64,000 nt of DNA from Candidatus Levyibacteriota bacterium (GTDB lineage Bacteria; Patescibacteriota; Microgenomatia; Levybacterales; UBA12049), in assembly GCA_030651475.1 (NCBI GenBank), contig JAUSEW010000027.1, positions 173,614 through 237,613 on the forward strand. Reading direction: 5' to 3'. Position 1 is the first letter of the stretch. The number at the start of each line of letters is the position of its first letter. Below, piece by piece: positions 62,089 to 64,000 of this stretch. A program made the translations under genes and the position numbers. The notes under the pieces were generated by a model that had not been told where the DNA came from, searched no databases, and worked only from the letters and a program-made list of their open reading frames with translations.

Positions 62089-63841
62089 TTAAAATCCCTC
62101 CTCCAATGCTCCATTTGTTGATGATAAATGGAGAAATTTTTATTTCCTGCGAAATTGATTTTCCGCCGATGGTTATTGTAGCTACATCTGTTTTGTTTGT
62201 CAAAAATGGAGTTTTGTTAAAACTAACCGGAACTGTCAGAAAACCAAAAGGGGGAATTCTAGCTAGGGTAATTTTCTGATATGACGGCTCCAAAAACTTT
62301 GTCTGGATTACAATGTCCTGCTCGTCAACAATACTTGCGCCAATGTTTGCAATTGTTACCTGTCCTTTTATCGGCATTCCCGACATGTAAATTTCGGAGA
62401 AATTTTTCGACAGACCTATTGTGGGGGCAATATTCCCAAAATCATCACCAAGGCTTACGTCTACATCCTGAACTTTTTCTTCTCCCTTAAATTTATATCC
62501 TCCTGCAGGCACAGGATAACTGCTATTTTGCCCTTTAATGACAAAGGCGAAATGATCAAAATCAAACGTATTGAAATAGTCAACGCCTTTAGTCGTATTG
62601 CCCCACGTTGGATCAACCATTATCCAAGTGCCTTTTGCGAAATCATAATATTCCGGCCATGCATGCAGAATATCCTTAACCAAAGACAATGGTCTTTCTG
62701 CAGGATTCTTCGTGTATGCGAATCCGTCTATTTCTCTTGCGGGAATTCCGGCTGCTCTTGCCAACGCTACGAAAAGATCCGTAAACTCCAAACAAACTGC
62801 AGAAGACGGGTCTTTTAATAAGCCTGCAGCTCCAACTCTATCTTTACTTGCTGTTACTCTGGAAAAATCATAATTTAAAGTCTTTGTTACATATTCATAA
62901 ATTGCTTCCGGAGTCTTTAAGGTGTCCGCTAACTTTTTTATTGAGGCATCCGAAACCTGCCAATATGGCTGACTTTTCAGATAGTCGTTAATTTTATCCT
63001 GTGGCAAAAATTCCTTTTTGGGTGACAACGATATCCTAACTTTTCCTTTTACCACAACGTCTAACTTCTTGGATGGAGACAAAGAATATCTGGCGAGCCA
63101 GTTTCCGTCTTTATCTTCTGTCGCATTCATTGGCTTTACACTTATATCGTCTATTAAAACGTCTTGATAATTAGTTGATGGCGGAAGAGCTATTTCTGTT
63201 TGGATTGGAAAAAGATTGGGATTGCTAAGATGATATGTTAAATTAAACTTGTAAATTTGTTCGTCTCCAAAAGCAATTGATATTCCTGAACTGCCGAGCT
63301 GATCCTTGTTGAAATCCAAATTACCGTTAGTTATGGGTATTGCAGGCTTTATATACGTCGGGCTGCCCAAAGAGCTTGGAACGTTAACATGAACATTGAA
63401 ATTCTGAAAGTCGCTTTGTTTTGCCAGACCGGGTATATCTATTTCCCATATTTTGCCTATCTTTTGAGCGATTTCCGGTGTGTCGAAAGATAAATTAAAG
63501 CTTAACTTATTTCCAAGACCGACAACTTTTTTATTAAATGTTAATTCTATATTCTGACCATTTGCTTCGCTTTTCAGATTTGGCACGATAGGTCCATCAG
63601 AATCATAAGCGTTAACATTACTTATATTTTTAAAACCAATCTGGATACTGTAGGACGAAGCGTAGTATTGAGCTGTCTTATTTGTAAGCGTTACGGAAAA
63701 ATCTACACGGGTAATTGCATTCGTAGAAACTGTATAGGTTACTTTATAATCCGTATCGAAATTAGAAACAGCTAAAGTTTTGGGAGTAAACAAAATTAAA
63801 AAAGAAAAAATTGCTAACCAGAAATATAAAAAACGCTTCAT
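62012..63841 (-). CDS. Exported, membrane-anchored transglutaminase-like protein
   Basis: Signal peptide; catalytic AVCLEF, HAW.E and DPTW; C-terminal TM. Confidence 0.87.
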   Translation of the reverse strand: MKRFLYFWLAIFSFLILFTPKTLAVSNFDTDYKVTYTVSTNAITRVDFSVTLTNKTAQYYASSYSIQIGFKNISNVNAYDSDGPIVPNLKSEANGQNIELTFNKKVVGLGNKLSFNLSFDTPEIAQKIGKIWEIDIPGLAKQSDFQNFNVHVNVPSSLGSPTYIKPAIPITNGNLDFNKDQLGSSGISIAFGDEQIYKFNLTYHLSNPNLFPIQTEIALPPSTNYQDVLIDDISVKPMNATEDKDGNWLARYSLSPSKKLDVVVKGKVRISLSPKKEFLPQDKINDYLKSQPYWQVSDASIKKLADTLKTPEAIYEYVTKTLNYDFSRVTASKDRVGAAGLLKDPSSAVCLEFTDLFVALARAAGIPAREIDGFAYTKNPAERPLSLVKDILHAWPEYYDFAKGTWIMVDPTWGNTTKGVDYFNTFDFDHFAFVIKGQNSSYPVPAGGYKFKGEEKVQDVDVSLGDDFGNIAPTIGLSKNFSEIYMSGMPIKGQVTIANIGASIVDEQDIVIQTKFLEPSYQKITLARIPPFGFLTVPVSFNKTPFLTNKTDVATITIGGKSISQEIKISPFIINKWSIGGGILIVIIIAITLIIIIRSRHIPFLEQER

Positions 63842-64000
63842 AAAATCTTTTTCAAAAATTGGCCCGTATAGGATTCCGGAACTTTTGCAATATCCGAAGG
63901 CGTTCCCTTGGCAACCAGCCTTCCGCCTTTTTCTCCGCCGTCAGGTCCTAAGTCTATTATATAATCCGCATTTTTAATTATATCTAAATTATGCTCTATG
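63838..64000 (-). CDS. uvrA: Excinuclease ABC subunit A, 3' end (partial; not in the ORF track)
   Basis: Manual translation [34 protein letters not shown]...[11 protein letters not shown]. Confidence 0.93.
   Translation of the reverse strand, partial: IEHNLDIIKNADYIIDLGPDGGEKGGRLVAKGTPSDIAKVPESYTGQFLKKIL

Overview
Low-GC, gene-dense chromosomal segment. Gene content and style (reduced ATP synthase subunits, many orphan ORFs, standard code with TGA stops) suggest a Patescibacteria/CPR genome, probably Microgenomates; this is an inference. It holds mostly housekeeping genes: pyrD-like/pyrF/pyrE, a full F-type ATP synthase operon, dnaE, gatCAB, murT-gatD, lemA-htpX, polX, pyrG, rplS, uvrB/lexA, a lower-glycolysis cluster, holA, an MshC-like CysRS, guaBA, purAB, a D-lactate dehydrogenase, dus, an RnfD-like/FNR fusion, yvcK-secG, uvrC, the 3' end of uvrA and five tRNAs. 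I saw no prophage, transposase or CRISPR array. The most striking signal is several families of short palindromic REP-like elements and 7-bp tandem repeats inserted in frame into essential genes (atpA, gatB, gatD, murT, guaB, guaA). These include a nested element in gatB and intergenic copies, one of which supplies the -35 box of a tRNA promoter. Also notable: adjacent catalytically degenerate enolase and PEP-synthase-like genes, a ppsA stub cut at a palindrome, and pervasive leaderless-type promoter architecture. All product calls come from motif recognition by eye, not database searches.
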